Program-made: the position numbers and the translations under genes | Assembly: GCA_963809395.1 (NCBI GenBank) | Contig: CAWEJM010000029.1 | Location: 425-64,424, forward strand | Direction: 5' to 3' | Source: an uncultured Actinomycetes bacterium | GTDB lineage: Bacteria > Actinomycetota > Thermoleophilia > RBG-16-64-13 | DNA length: 64,000 nucleotides | Shown: positions 11,924 through 24,858 of the stretch, piece by piece | How positions within the stretch are numbered: position 1 is the first letter of the stretch | Layout: each line of letters opens with the position of its first letter | The notes under the pieces: generated by a model | What the model saw: the letters and a program-made list of their open reading frames with translations, nothing else | Told to the model about the DNA's origin: nothing | The model's database searches: none

Positions 11924-12019
11924 AGCCTCTCCTCGTGATTCGGGCCGGGACGAGGGCATTGTAGCGTGAAGCGGCCCTCCGCCGCCCTGCGCAGCATTTC
12001 GCGGCCCTCCGCGAGCCCT

Positions 12020-12056
12020 GTTGATTGCTTATTTGATATCGTAATAATATTAAGAA
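12020..12056. promoter_or_regulatory. AT-rich divergent promoter/operator region
   Basis: ttgattgcttatttgatatcgtaataatattaag between divergent thioesterase and SPFH genes in GC-rich DNA. Confidence 0.55.
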
Positions 12057-12131
12057 GCCGGCCAAATTCTGGCACGTTTTCCCGGACCGAGTTCGAGCCC
12101 GCCCCGATCAGGGCGGTGAACAGGAGGAGAC

Positions 12132-13166
12132 ATGAACGGGCAGCGAACCTCGCTGAACCACGAGAAGGAAATCAAGGCGATGAGCGGCTGGGGGATGCTG
12201 GCTGCCGTGATCGTGATGCTCCTCGGGGGCATCGCGCTCCTGATCGTGGCAGGCGTCCTGAGCGACCGGGGAAGTCTCGGCGACGGGGCGATCGGGGCGC
12301 TGGTGGGCGTGGGCATCGTCTTGTTGCTCCTTGGCTTCGTCTTCTCGTTCGGCTTCTTCACCCTGGAGCCCAACGAGACCCGGGTGCTGGTGCTGTTCGG
12401 CGCCTACAAGGGCACCGTGCGGCCAGGGCGGGTTCCGCTGGGCCAATCCCTTCTACTCCAACGGTCCGGCGGCCAAGACGACGGCCGAGGGTCGAGGGGG
12501 CGCGGGCGCCGGCGCGGGCGCCGGCGCCGCGGCCGAAGAAGGGCAGCCACTCCTCGGACGACCAAGAAGTTCCCCCGCTACAAGGTCTCGGTGCGGGCCC
12601 GCACCCTGAACGGTCCCAAGCTGAAGGTCAACGATCGGCGCGGCAATCCGGTGGAGATCGCCACCGTGGTGGTCTGGCGGGTGAGAGACACGGCGCAGGC
12701 GGTCTTCGACGTCGACGACTTCGAGCTGTACGTGGACACGCAGAGCGAGACCGCCCTCCGCCACCTGGCCAGCTCCTACGCCTACGACCACGGTGAGGAG
12801 AACGAGATCACCCTGCGCAGCAACGTGGACGAGGTGTCGCAGGCGCTCAAGGACGAGCTGGAGCAGCGGCTGGCCCGAGCCGGCGTGGTGGTCGAAGAGG
12901 CCCGTCTGACCCACCTGGCCTACGCGCCCGAGATCGCTCAGGCCATGCTGCGGCGGCAGCAGGCCGAGGCCGTCATCGACGCTCGCCAGAAGATCGTGCA
13001 CGGCGCGGTGAGCATGGTGGACATGGCCCTGCGCGAGCTGGCCGAGAAGGGCGTGGTCGATCTCGACAGCGAGCGCAAGGCCGCCATGGTGAGCAACCTC
13101 ATGGTGGTACTCTGCGGCGAGTCCGAGGTGCATCCGGTGGTCAATACCGGCACCCTCTACGGGTAG
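12132..13166 (+). CDS. SPFH (band 7/stomatin-like) membrane protein
   Basis: Two TM segments; [49 protein letters not shown]; probable compensating frameshifts about 12425-12545. Confidence 0.92.
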   Translation: MNGQRTSLNHEKEIKAMSGWGMLAAVIVMLLGGIALLIVAGVLSDRGSLGDGAIGALVGVGIVLLLLGFVFSFGFFTLEPNETRVLVLFGAYKGTVRPGRVPLGQSLLLQRSGGQDDGRGSRGRGRRRGRRRRGRRRAATPRTTKKFPRYKVSVRARTLNGPKLKVNDRRGNPVEIATVVVWRVRDTAQAVFDVDDFELYVDTQSETALRHLASSYAYDHGEENEITLRSNVDEVSQALKDELEQRLARAGVVVEEARLTHLAYAPEIAQAMLRRQQAEAVIDARQKIVHGAVSMVDMALRELAEKGVVDLDSERKAAMVSNLMVVLCGESEVHPVVNTGTLYG

Positions 13167-13237
13167 GCACTCGGTGGGAGCGGAGCGGAACAAGCTTACG
13201 ACCAGGGCCGGGCCACGTGGCCCCGGAGCGCCGACCG

Positions 13238-13405
13238 GTGAGCGAGCGCAAGCAGTTCCTGCTCCGCATCGATCCCCAGCTGTGGGCCGATCTGGAGGCC
13301 TGGGCGGCGGACGAGTTGCGCAGCGTCAACGGACAGATCGAGTACGTGCTGAGAGAAGCGGTGCGCAAGCGCAAGGGATCGCAGGAGAAAGGATCCGGCG
13401 AATGA
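13238..13405 (+). CDS. Arc-like ribbon-helix-helix DNA-binding protein
   Basis: [37 protein letters not shown] directly after the SPFH gene. Confidence 0.85.
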   Translation: MSERKQFLLRIDPQLWADLEAWAADELRSVNGQIEYVLREAVRKRKGSQEKGSGE

Positions 13406-14512
13406 AGGACCCACGGCTGGAGACGCTGGCTCGTAACCTGCTCGACTACTCGCTCGGCCTGCAGCCGGGTGAGAAGGTGCTCATCGAAGGGGAGACCGGC
13501 TCGAGGGCCCTGATGATCACCCTGGTCGAAGCAGACCTACCGGCGGGGAGCCGTCCCCTTCGTCGATCACCGGAGATGCCCAGCTCCGCCGGGCCTGGCT
13601 CCTGGGGGCGACCCGCGAGCAGATGGACCTGCGGGTCTCCTGGGAGATCCAGCGGATCAAGGACATCGACGCCACCCTCTACATCCTGGCCGGCGACAAC
13701 GCCTCGGAGTTGGCCGATGTGCCCGGGAAGATCCTGGAGGCGTCGCGCCTGGCCTCCGAGCCGCTCATGGAGCTGTTGCTGACCAAGAAGTGGTGCCTGC
13801 TGCGCTTCCCCACTCCGTCTGCGGCCCAGGCCGCGGGCATGTCCACCGAGGCCTTCGAGGACTTCTGCCTGGCGGTGTCGACCCTGGACTACGCCCGCAT
13901 GGACCAGGCCATGGACCCGCTGGTGGAGCTCATGGCGCGCACCGACCGCGTGCGCATCGCTCAGTCCCGGGACCGACCTCATCCTTCTCCATCAAGGGGA
14001 TGCCCGTGCTCAAGGCGGCCGGCAAGAACAACATCCCCGACGGTGAGGTGTTCACGGCTCCGGTCCGCGACTCGGCGAACGGCACCATCGCCTTCAACAC
14101 CCCCTCACTGGAGGACGGCACCACCTACGAGCGGATCCGGCTGGTCTTCAAGGACGGGCGGATCGTGGAAGCCGACGCCAGCGAGCCCGAGAAGCTCCGG
14201 CAGGTGCTCGACACCGACGAGGGCGCCCGCTATCTGGGCGAGTTCGCCCTGGGCGTCAACCCCTGCATCGACCGGCCCATGAAGGACACCCTCTACGACG
14301 AGAAGATCGGCGGCAGCCTGCATGTCGCCTGCGGCCGGGCCTACGACGACGCCGACAACGGCAACCGCTCCAGCGTGCACTGGGACCTGGTGCTCATCCA
14401 GACGCCCGAGTGGGGCGGCGGCGAGATCTGGTTCGACGACGTGCTGGTGCGCAAGGACGGCCGCTTCGTGCTGCCCGAGCTGGAGGGGCTCAACCCCGAG
14501 AACCTGGTGTAG
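13402..14512 (+). CDS. Aminopeptidase, family M29 (AmpS/AmpT-like), frameshifted
   Basis: [57 protein letters not shown]. Confidence 0.92.
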
Positions 14513-15852
14513 GGCGACGGCGCCGGGCGGCCCGCCTCCTTGTCCGACGCCCGTCCCGCCCGGCCGTACAGCGGCGCGGCGGCGAAGTACACGATCCCGC
14601 CGATGGTGTAGGCCAGGGCCTTGGAAGCGCTCTGCGCGATAGCTCCAAGCCCCAGCTGTCCGCCCACCGCTCCGACGTCGGAGAAGAAGGAGTCGAACGA
14701 CAGCACGGTGGCTCTCTGCGCCGACGGGATGTGCTCGTTGATGTAGGCTTGCCGGACCGGCCCCACGATGCCGCTCAGGAAGCCGAACCCGCCCAGAAGC
14801 ACCACCAGGACCACGAACGCCACGATGTGGCCGCTGCCCGGGGCGAGCAGCCCGGTCACGCCCATCCCTGCCGCGAAAGCGGCCATTCCGGCTGAGGCGA
14901 GCACCAGCACCGACGCCGGTCTGGACCCGAAGCGCGTCCGGGAGATGCGGCCCACCAAACTGTTGCCCGCCACCCCCGACAGGGCGAACAGCGCGGTTAT
15001 CATTCCCGCGACCCAGACAAGGTTCTTCTTGCCGAGCAACTCCAGCGCGTACGGTTGCGAAGCGTAGAAGAGGTACCAGACCAGAAGTCCGTTGACGAGT
15101 GAGGTGAACAAAGCGGCCGTATGACCGGGTGGCGCCACCCGTGGGTGATCCCTGCTTCAAAGATCTTGCGGCTCTCCTCGCCGAAACGGGCCACCTTGAG
15201 GGGCCGGGGCTGGAAGCCGATGTCGTGCATGAAGGTCAGCGTCACGGCGAACGCGCCCAGGAGCAGCCCGGTGCGCACCAGATACGGTACCGCCAGGCTC
15301 ACTTGGCCCAGCAGGCCGCCTCCCAACGTCCCCACCAACATCGATATGCCGTTGAACATGCCGCTGCGGGCGAACACGCGGTCCTTGCTGCCCGGGTAGC
15401 CGGTCGAGTCGAGGGCGTCCACAAGCCAGGCGTCCACGGCTCCCGTCTGACAGGTGAAGCCGAATCCCAGGAGGATCGAGGAAAGGATGAATCCGATCAA
15501 CCCCCATCCGAACACCGACGAGCCGACGTAACCCAGAGTGGCGATCATGAGAGCCCCGATCCCGAGCAGGAACGAGACCCGCCTGCCGACCGTGTCGGCG
15601 ATCACCCCGGTCGGCACCTCGAACACGATCTGGCCGGCGCTGAAGGTGGCGTTGACGAGCATCACCCGGAAGATGTCGAGCCCGGCGTCGAGGAGGAAGA
15701 GGGTGTTGACGCCCCAGATGATCGAGGTGGCAAGGGTGAAGAGCGCGCCGGTGGAGTAGTAGACGCGCTGGATCCGTACCGCGGTTACGGGAGCGCCGGA
15801 GGGTGGCGGTCACCGCGTTGGGGTCAGGAGCGTTCGCGGAATCGGGGTTCAT
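14510..15852 (-). CDS. MFS transporter (frameshifted, ends approximate)
   Basis: FEVPTGVIADTVGRR motif A; multiple TM segments; IPSAQRATVLSF. Confidence 0.85.
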
Positions 15853-15855
15853 TCG

Positions 15856-16801
15856 TCACCTGTACCTGATGCGCGGGTTGAGCAGGGCGTAGATGATGTC
15901 GGCGGCGAGGTTGGCCAGGGCGAAGATGGTCACGATGAGCATGGTGGTGGCCTGAATGAGGGGCAGGTCGCGTCTTTGCACGGCAAAGAGGACCAGCCGC
16001 CCCAATCCCGGGTAGCCGAACACCGACTCGGTCACGATGAGACCCCCCATCAGCCAGCCGACCCCGGCGGCCACCACCGTCACGGTGGGGAGCAGCGAGT
16101 TCCGGAGCACGTGCCCGAAGAGCACCTGGCTGGTGGAGAGGCCCTTCAAGCGGGCCGTCCGCACGTAGTCGGTCTCCAGCACGTCCGCCGTGCTCGCGCG
16201 GGTCATCCGCACCACGTACGCCAGGCTGGTGAGCGACACCGTCAACCCGGGCAGGATGAGGCTGGGCAAGGCGGCCACGAACGAGGTGCCCGGGGCGATG
16301 GCCGAGGAGGACGGCAACCATCCCAGCACCCGGGAGAAGAGCGCGATGAGGAGAACGGCGGTGACGAACTCCGGCAGGCCGACAAAGGCCAGGGACCCCG
16401 CCGATATGACCTGGTCGAGGGCCGAGTTGCGGCGCCAGGCGGCGATCACCCCCAGGAAGATGCCCAGCGGGACGTACATGAGAAAGGCGACGAGCGCCAG
16501 CATGGCCGAGTTGCCCAGACGCTCGAGGGTGACGGCTCGAACCTCCTCCCGAGTGCTGAGTGACGTGCCCCAGTCGCCGCGGGCCAGGTGCCCCAACCAG
16601 CTCCCGTACTGCACCACCAGCGGCCGGTCGAGGCCCAGCTCTTTTCGCAGGTTGTCCTTGGCCTGCTGCGACGCCTCCCGTCCCAGGACCATGGTAGCCA
16701 CGTCGCCGGGTAGCACGTTGGTGGCTCCGAACACCAGCACGCTGGAGAGGAGCACTGTCAAGACCACGAACCCCAGGCGGCGGATGACGAACGCGGCCCA
16801 T
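15856..16801 (-). CDS. Peptide/nickel ABC transporter permease (OppB/DppB family)
   Basis: LGLDRPLVVQY, DYVRTARLKGL, HVLRNSLLP, ESVFGYPGLG, NPRIR. Confidence 0.93.
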
Positions 16802-19024
16802 CTATTCCGCCTTCTGAAGCGCGGCCAGTTCGTCCAGGGGGATGTGACAGTAGATGGAGTGATCGTGCGGCGCGGTCGGCTGCGGCGTCGGTTCGCGTCA
16901 CCCGCCGCCGGGCGTCGCCGGCGGCCGTGCGCCACGGCGGCTCCTGGTCTCGGCAGATGTCGCCCAGATAGCGCGGGCACCGAGGGTGGAAGCGGCAGCC
17001 GGACGGGATCTCGTTGGTGGCCGGCGCGCCCGAGCGCAGGCGCACCCGCGCCGGCCGCACGGCTCGGATCGGGCAGCGGGATGGCGGAGAGCAGGGCCTC
17101 CGTATAGGGGTGGTAGGGGGGCGACAGCACTCGGGCAGCTTCACCCTCCTCCATCAGCCGGCCAAGGTACATCACCCCTATCCGGTGAGACAGATGCTGC
17201 ACCGCGGCCAGGTCGTGGGAGATGAAGAGGTAGGAGGTTCCCTGCTCTCTTGCAGGTCGACCAGCAGGTTCATGAGCGAGCCCTGCACCGACACGTCCAG
17301 AGACGATATGGGCTCGTCGCAGATCACCAGGTCCGGGCCCGGCGGCGAACGCCCGGGCGATCGCCACTCGCTGCTTCTCGCCCCCGCTCAGTTCGGCCGG
17401 GTAGCGATGGAAATAGGAGGGCGGCAGGCTCACCGCGGCCAGCAGCTCGTGGGCCGTGCGGGTGGCGGTCTCCCGGTCGAGCTGCCCCGAGGACCATCAG
17501 CGGGCGCACGATCGCCTGCCCGACGGTGTGTCGAGGGTTCAGACGAGGCCTCGGGGTTCTGGAACACCATCTGCAGACGGCGAAGCACCGATCTGTCTCG
17601 CTCGGCAGTCGTCGCCCCCAGACGAGCGCCATCGAGAGAGACCTGTCCGCGGCTCGGAGCACTCAACCCGGCGATCACTCGGGCCAGGGTGGTCTTGCCG
17701 CTGCCGCTCTCTCCCACCAGACCCAGCGTGCGCTCGGGATCTATCCAGACGGTCACCCCGTCGACAGCTCTGACTCCCGAACGGCGGCCGGGATTGGGGA
17801 AGACCTTCGTTATCTCGCGCGCGTCCACGAAGTGGGCCCCGGCCCGCGGGCCGGGTTTCTGCGGCGACGCTATCGGCCGGTCGCGCTCCGGTCCCGGCAC
17901 GCCCCGGCTGCTGGAACGGGCCGCCGGCGCCGCTGCCCGTCCTGCGGCGAGCAGCACCTCCCATCTCCAGCACGCGGTGGAGCGCCCGTCGGCCACGCGC
18001 GGTCAGCGGAGGCCGGGAGACGCGGCACGCGTCCAGCGCCAGCGGGCAGCGGGGAGCAAAGACGCACCCGGCGGGTAGGTCGTCCAGCCGGGGAAGCGCT
18101 CCGGCGATGGTGGCCAAGCGCCCGCCGGCGCCGGCCGCGGCCGCGGATCCGCCCGAGGCGTCGCTCTCACGCCCGGCGTCCTCCGGCGGCGCCCCGGCCG
18201 TGGCCCCGAAGCGAGGCACGCAGTTCAGCAGGTTGAGCGTGTAGGGATGGAGTGGCTGCTCGAAGAGGCGCGCCGCGGTCGCCTCCTCGAAGATCTCACC
18301 CGCGTACATGATGGCCACCCGGTCGCAGATGCGCGAGACGACGCCCAGGTTGTGGGTGATGTAGAGGATGGCGCTGCTGAACTCGGCCTTCAGCTCGTCG
18401 AGCAGATCGAGGACCATCGCCTGGGTGGTGACGTCCAGGGCGGTGGTGGGCTCGTCGAGGATCAACAACTCGGGACTGGTCAGGAGGGCCATGGCGATGG
18501 CGCTGCGCTGCAGCATCCCTCCCGAGAGCTGGTGAGGATAGCGTTCGACCACCGAGCCGGGGTCGGGCATGTCCACGCGCCGGAGCATGGTCGAGAGTCA
18601 GGTCGCGGGCGGCGCGCCGGCCGAGGCCCAGGTGGCGCCGGCCCATCTCGTCCAGTTGCCGCCCGATGGTCAGCGTGGGGTTCAACGCCCCCTGGGGATT
18701 CTGGCTGACCAGACCGATCCTCGAGCCCCACACCCGCCGCATCTCGCGGCGGGAGAGCGCCAGCAGACTCCGTGTCGTGGAGCCGCGCCGCCCCGCTCAC
18801 CACGCGGCCGTTCGCCGGCAGGTAGCCGATCGCTCCCAACGCAAGGGTGGTCTTGCCGGAGCCCGACTCGCCCACCAGCCCCAGGGTCTGCCGCGGGGCG
18901 ACGGCCAAGCTCACGTCGCGCACCGCGGGTAGGCTGCCTTCCTCTGTCTGGTAGACGACGGAGAGATCGTCGATCTGGAAGGCGTCATCGCGCCACGTCG
19001 GTCCCGCCTGACGCGTCGCTTCAC
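16802..19024 (-). CDS. Fused dual-ATPase subunit of peptide ABC transporter (OppD-OppF), frameshifted
   Basis: Two GESGSGKTT Walker A motifs, YPHQLSGGM and YPAELSGGE signatures, two HPYT...GC.F.PRC tails. Confidence 0.9.
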
Positions 19025-19025
19025 G

Positions 19026-19954
19026 TCACCGGCTCCGCGCTCGCGCCGACGGCGTCGCTTCACTCGCCGCCCGGGCGGAGCCCGGAGGACTGAACACGTG
19101 GCGGAGCCCGTCGGCCATGAGGCTGGTCCCGATCACCAGCAGCGAGATGGCCGCTGCCGGGAAGAGGAGCATCCAGGGAGCCGCGTCGAAGAAGGTGCGG
19201 GCTTCGTTCACCTGCCGTCCCCAATCGGGTGAAGGCGGCTGCACTCCCAGCCCCAGGAATCCCGAGAGAGGCCACCAGGAAGATCGAGTAGGCGAACCGT
19301 ATCGAGGCCTCCACCAATAGCGGGGGAACGGCGTTGGGCAGCATCTCCCTGAAGAGGATGTAGCGGCGCGATTCGCCCCGCAGCCGCGCAGCCTCGACGA
19401 ATTCCCGGGTGCGCAGATCGAGGACCATGCTGCGGGCGATACGGGCGAACATGGGGATGTACAGCACGGTGATGACCAGGATCAGATTCAGGTTCGAGGG
19501 TCCGACCGTGGCCAGAAGCACCATGGCCAGCAACAGGGCCGGAAAGGCGAGCAGCACGTCGAGCACCCGCATGATGGCTTCGTCCCACAGTCGGCCCACG
19601 TACCCGGCCAGCAGGCCCAGGGAGGTGCCGATGATCGCCGCGAACAGCGTCCCCGCCCCGCCCAGGAAGAAGACCTCTCGCGTCCCTACCAGCACCCGGC
19701 TGAAGACGTCGCGCCCGAAGTTGTCGGTGCCCATCAGGTGGTGGAGCGAAGGCCCTTGGAGCCGCGTCGGCAGCGTCCTGGGCGGCGAAGTCGTAGGGCG
19801 CGACCAGCGGGCCGAAGAGGGCGATCAGCAGGAACAGGACGAAGATGACCGTCCCGGCCAGGGCGACCGGCTGTCGGCGGAGCCGGGTCCAGTAGAGAGC
19901 GACCCCGCGCCGGCGAGGGGCGGGAACCGGGTTTCCTTCGACCTTCCCCGTCAC
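19026..19954 (-). CDS. Peptide/nickel ABC transporter permease (OppC/DppC family)
   Basis: GTDNFGRDVFSR, EFVEAARLRG, QPPSPDWG. Confidence 0.92.
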
Positions 19955-21569
19955 CTCGTGTAGTAGGCGGTACGGAACAGGGTCCGCGACCAGTCGGGCG
20001 CCAGCGCGATGCCGTCCACGGCGGCGCTGACTCCGGCGGCGGCCGTCTCGAAGAACGGCACGATCACCGGCCCGCGCTCGATCAGGATCGACTGGGCCTT
20101 CTTGTAGAGGTCGGCCCGCTTGGCCCGGTCGAGCTCGCTGTTGATCTGGGCGGTGAGCGCGTCGAACTCCGGGTCGCTCCAGTGGGATTCGTTGTAGGCG
20201 GCGCCGGTCACGTAGGCGGCGTTGAAGTAGGTGTTGGGAGTGGCCCGGGCGCCCCATTCGGTGATGCCGAAGTCCACCTTGAGCCAGCTGGTGTCGCCCT
20301 CGCCGTAGTACACGTCGGCGGGTATGCGTTTGGATGTCGACCGTCACCCCGATGGCCTTCATCTGCTCCTTCCAGACGGTGGCGATCGCCGGGACCTCCA
20401 GCGCCTGCTGAGCGTAGAGAGTGATGGTCAGGCCATTGGCGTATCCCGGCGTCGGCCAGCAGCTTCTTGGCCTGCGCGGGATCGAAGACAGGGGCCTGGT
20501 CGAGGTAGTAGTCACCGTACGCGGGGCCCACGGGGGTGCCGTTACCCACGACGGCGAGCCCGGGCCGCACCTGGTCGATCAGGCCCTGGTGGTCGGTGCC
20601 CAGTTGCAGCGCCTTGCGCACCCGGGGGTCGGCGGCCGGCCGGCCGGCATCGGAGCGCATGTGGATGACGTAGTGGAAGGCGCTCGCCGGCCCGGTGATC
20701 ACCTTGAGCTTCGCGTCGGTCTTGATGGAGTCGACCAGCTCGGACGTGAGGCCGGCCACGAACTGGACCTGATCCCCGCGGAGGGCCTCCACCTGCCCGG
20801 CCGCGTCGGGGGAGAAGATGAACTGGATCTCATCGAGGTAGGGGAGTTGCCGGCCCTGATCGTCCTTCATCCAGTAGCCGGGATTCTTCTTGAGGATGGC
20901 CTGGTTCTCGGCCGAATACGAAGCGATGGTGAACGGTCCGGTGCCCACCCACTCCGCGGCCGGATCCTTGACGCCGCGCGACAAGACCGCCGCGTGATAG
21001 TCGGCCACGTCGCTGGGGAACTCCGGATTGGCGTCCTTGAGCGTGAACCGCACGTGGGTGGCGTCGACCGCTTCGATGGCGGTCACGTTGGCGTAGAGGC
21101 TCACTCCCGGCGAGCCCACCTCGGGGTCGCGCAGCCGGTCGAAGGTGTAGACCACGTCGTCGGCTGTGAACGGCGTGCCGTTGGAGAACTTCACGTCGGA
21201 GCGGAGTGTGAAGGTCCAGACCTTGCCGTCGGCGGATTCCCAGCCGGTGGCCAGTCCGGGAAGCAGCTCGTTGTTCTGGCCGATCTCGACCAGCCAGTCG
21301 TAGACCTGCTGGTTGATGAGGATGTCCGCCCTGGCGCTGGCGAAGGCGGGATCGCGGTTGGTGGCCGGCTCGGTGGCCACCTTCAGGATGCCGCCGGTCT
21401 GGATCCCGCCTGTGCCGCCTCCGCTGGTGGAACTGCTGGTGCCGCTACCGCCCGATCCGCAGCCTGCAGACAGGAGCGCGGTGGCCAGGACAGCGGCAGG
21501 CAGACGAGCGCGAACGGTGGTGACGAAGCATGAATCGATCGGAGCCGATCGTAAGCGGGATCGCCTCAT
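19951..21569 (-). CDS. Family 5 substrate-binding lipoprotein (OppA/DppA-like), frameshifted
   Basis: Lipobox SAGC, WTFTLR..VKFSNG..FTADDV, GTGPF, DPRVRKA. Confidence 0.92.
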
Positions 21570-21714
21570 GTGCCCCTCTCCCTTGAATGCGCGGCCTTGG
21601 CCCTAACGCGAGACCACGCAACATCGACGGTCAGTTCGTTGATTGCCTACCCGCCAGTCGATGTCGGCGGATTGGCTACCCGGCAGCCTTTCTGGGCAAA
21701 CCCGGGCGCGGGGG

Positions 21715-24209
21715 CTAGGGCGCCGACGTCTTTCTCGCCCTAGTCAACTTCGACGCGCGGAGCGGATGTCTCCCCCGGCGCGCGCGGCGTGGTCGCGCCA
21801 GAACGGCAGGCGCCTGCCTATCCGCCAGCCCAGTCCCACGAAGAACCAGGCGAAGACGCAGGCTCCGGCGGTCACGCCGATGGCCGTCCAACCGGGCAGG
21901 TCGAGGGCGAAGAAGTCGCTGCGCGAACGGCACGGCGAACGCCAGCGCCAGCAGGACGGCCATGGACAGGAGCAGCCCCAGCCGCCACCCACGGATGGGC
22001 CGCTCGATGGCGGCGATCACCCGCAGACCGATGACGGAGAAGATGACGGTCTCCATGGTGCGGGCCTCGTCGACCGAGGCGCCGACCTTCCTGATGAGCA
22101 GGTAGGAGGACAGCACGGTGACGGCCGCCAGCAGGCCGGTGGGGAGCACGAAGCGCGCCACTCGGAGCACGAAGCCGGGAATGAAGCGGCGGGGGTTGGG
22201 GGCCAGGGCCAGGAAGAAGCCGGGTATGCCGATGACCAGGGTGTCGATGAGGGTGAGATGACGGGGAAGTATGGGGTACGAGCATGCCGATGGCGGCCAC
22301 GGCGAGGGCCAGGAGCGCCGCCCAGACGGTCTTGGTGGTGAACAGGTGGGCCACGCGCTCGATGTTGGCGGTCACCCGCCGCCCCTCGGCCACCACGCCG
22401 GGCAGGGTGGAGAAGCGGGAGTCGACGAGCACCAGCTGCGCCACGGCCTGGGCCGCGGCCGTGCCGGTGCCCATGGCGATGCCCAGGTCGGCCTTCTTGA
22501 GGGCCAGCACGTCGTTGACGCCGTCACCGGTCATGGCCACGACGTGCCCCCGGCTCTGCAGCGCCTCCACCATGGCGGCACTTCTGGTCGGGATCGACCC
22601 GGCCGAACACGGTCGTCGTCTCCATCAGATCGGCCAGCGCCTCGCCGTTCGGCAGAGTAGCGGGAGTCGACCGCTTTGTCGGCGCCCGGCACCCCGGCCT
22701 TGGCGGCGATGGTCGCCACCGTCGCGGGGTTGTCGCCGGAGATGACCTTGATCTCCACCCCCTGCTCTCTGAAGTAGCTCAGGGTCTGCGCCGCGTCCGA
22801 GCGGACCCGCTCGCTCAGTATCACCAATCCCACCGGCGCCAGACCGGCGGGCAGCGCTTCGCCCGCGAGCGGGGCGTCGGTGCGGGCGAGGAGCAAGACG
22901 CGCAGACCTTCCTCCGCCAGCTCCGCGGCCCGGGCGCGCGCTGCGGCGTCGCCGGCGCCGCCCCCGGGGCCGCCGACCCCACGATCTCGGGGGCGCCGAG
23001 CACCCAGGAGCCGCGATCGGCGAAGCGGGCCGCGCTCCACTTGCGGGCCGACGAGAAGGGCACCGCGTCCTCGATCGTCCAGTCCGCGGGCGCCGGCAGC
23101 GACGCGCCGATGGCGTCCAGGGTGGAGTTGCGGCCGGAGGCGGTCGGCCGCCATCGCTCCCAGGACCTCGAGCGCCAGGGCCTCTCGGCCCGGGTCGGCG
23201 CCTCTGCCGGCGTCGCCGCCCGCCCGCGCGCTCCCAGCGGCTCGAAGCGCTCGAAGGCCGGGTGGGGCTCGGTGATGGTGCCGGTCTTGTCGATGCAGAG
23301 CACGTCCACGCGGGCCAAGCCCTCCACCGCGGGCAACTCGCGGGTGAGGACGTTCCGCCGGGCCAGCGTGATCGCCGACACGGCAAAGGCGATGCTGGTC
23401 AGCAGCACCAGCCCCTGCGGCACCATCGCCACCAGCGCCGCCACCGTGTTCGTGACCCCCTCCGCCATGGTCGCCCCCATGCGGAACTGCGCCCAGACCA
23501 GGAGCGCTCCCACCGGGACGATCGCCGACCCGACCACCCGCAGGATGTTGTTGATGCCCTTCACCAGGTCGGAGTGCAGGCGCACGTAGCGCTTGCCCTC
23601 GCCCACCACGCGCTGCGCGTACGCATCGGCGCCCACGGCGGTGGCTCGGAACAGGCCGCCCCCGGCGACCACGAAGCTGCCGGACAGCAGGCGGTCGCCC
23701 GGCTCCTTGATCACGGGCACCGATTCGCCGGTGAGCAGGGATTCGTCCACTTCCAGACTCTGCGACTCCAGGGTCTCGCCGTCGGCCACCACCTGATCGC
23801 CGGCCGATATCCGAAGCACGTCGTCGAGCACCACCTCGGCGACCGGTATCTCGCGCTCCGCGCCGTCCCGGATCACCGTGCGCCGCGGGCGCGGTGAGGA
23901 GCGTGAGCCTGTCCAGGGCGATCTTCGCCCGCATCTCCTGGGCGATGCCGATAGCGGCGTTGATCACGATGATCCAGCCGAACAGGGCGTCGCGCCACGA
24001 TCCGAACGTGAGCATGAACACGAAGAGCACCCCGAGGATGAGGTTGAACCAGGTGAAGACGTTGGTGCGGACGATGTCCCACGTCGAGCGTCCGCCCGGG
24101 CGGGGGGTGACGTTGGTCTGGCCGGCGGCAACCCGGGCGCGGACTTCCGCGGCGGTGAGTCCGGTCGACCGGGCGGGCTTGCGCCCAGCGGACGAGCACG
24201 GTCGCTCAC
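21715..24209 (-). CDS. P-type ATPase (CtpE-like), frameshifted
   Basis: [43 protein letters not shown]. Confidence 0.92.
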
Positions 24210-24760
24210 GGGCCGCACCTGTGCTGGTAGACGGCCACGTCCAGCCAGCGGTCGAACTTGAAGCCGACTTCCTCCAGGGTGCCGGTGCGGCGGAACCCGG
24301 TCTTCTCGGCCAGCCGGATGCTGGCCTCGTTCTCGTCGGTGACGAGGGCGACCAGGGTGTGGAAGCCGCCGGCCGCGCCCAGGGCGACAAGCTCGCGCAG
24401 GAGCGCCTTCGCCCAGGCCGCGACGCCTGGAGCCCGGCTCGACGTACACCGAGACTTCGCCGGCGAACCGGTAGGCCGGCCGCGGAGCATAGGGGCTGAT
24501 GGAGCCCCAAGCCAGGACCCGGCCGTCTTCTTCCCAGACGATCACCGGATACGGAGGCACATGTTCGGCGAACCAGGACTTCTGGGCCTCGAGCGGAGCG
24601 GGGCGCCACGTCGAAGGTGGCCGTGGTGTGGACCACCGCGTGGTTGTAGATCTCCAGGATCGTCTCGAGATCGGATTCCCGTGCTGCTCGTATGCCCAAG
24701 AAGTGCTCCCGAATGGTTCGATACCGCGCCGTCACCCTGTCGCCTACGAGGGTATCAGAA
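24206..24760 (-). CDS. GNAT N-acetyltransferase, phosphinothricin/methionine sulfoximine (Pat/YncA) type; start uncertain
   Basis: IYNHAV..TTATFD, EVSVYV, NEASIRL, EVGFKFDRWLDV. Confidence 0.85.
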
Positions 24761-24858
24761 GGCTCACCCAAAGGCCGCGCAGGAAGCCTTGATTTCTTCG
24801 CGGGGATGGGTTCCCATGGAAAGGAGTGTAGGACTGCGACCAGGAAGCGGGGGCGACC

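Noticed and set aside
13238-13405. Antitoxin of a toxin-antitoxin pair
   Set aside because: No adjacent toxin; this RHH type commonly follows SPFH genes.
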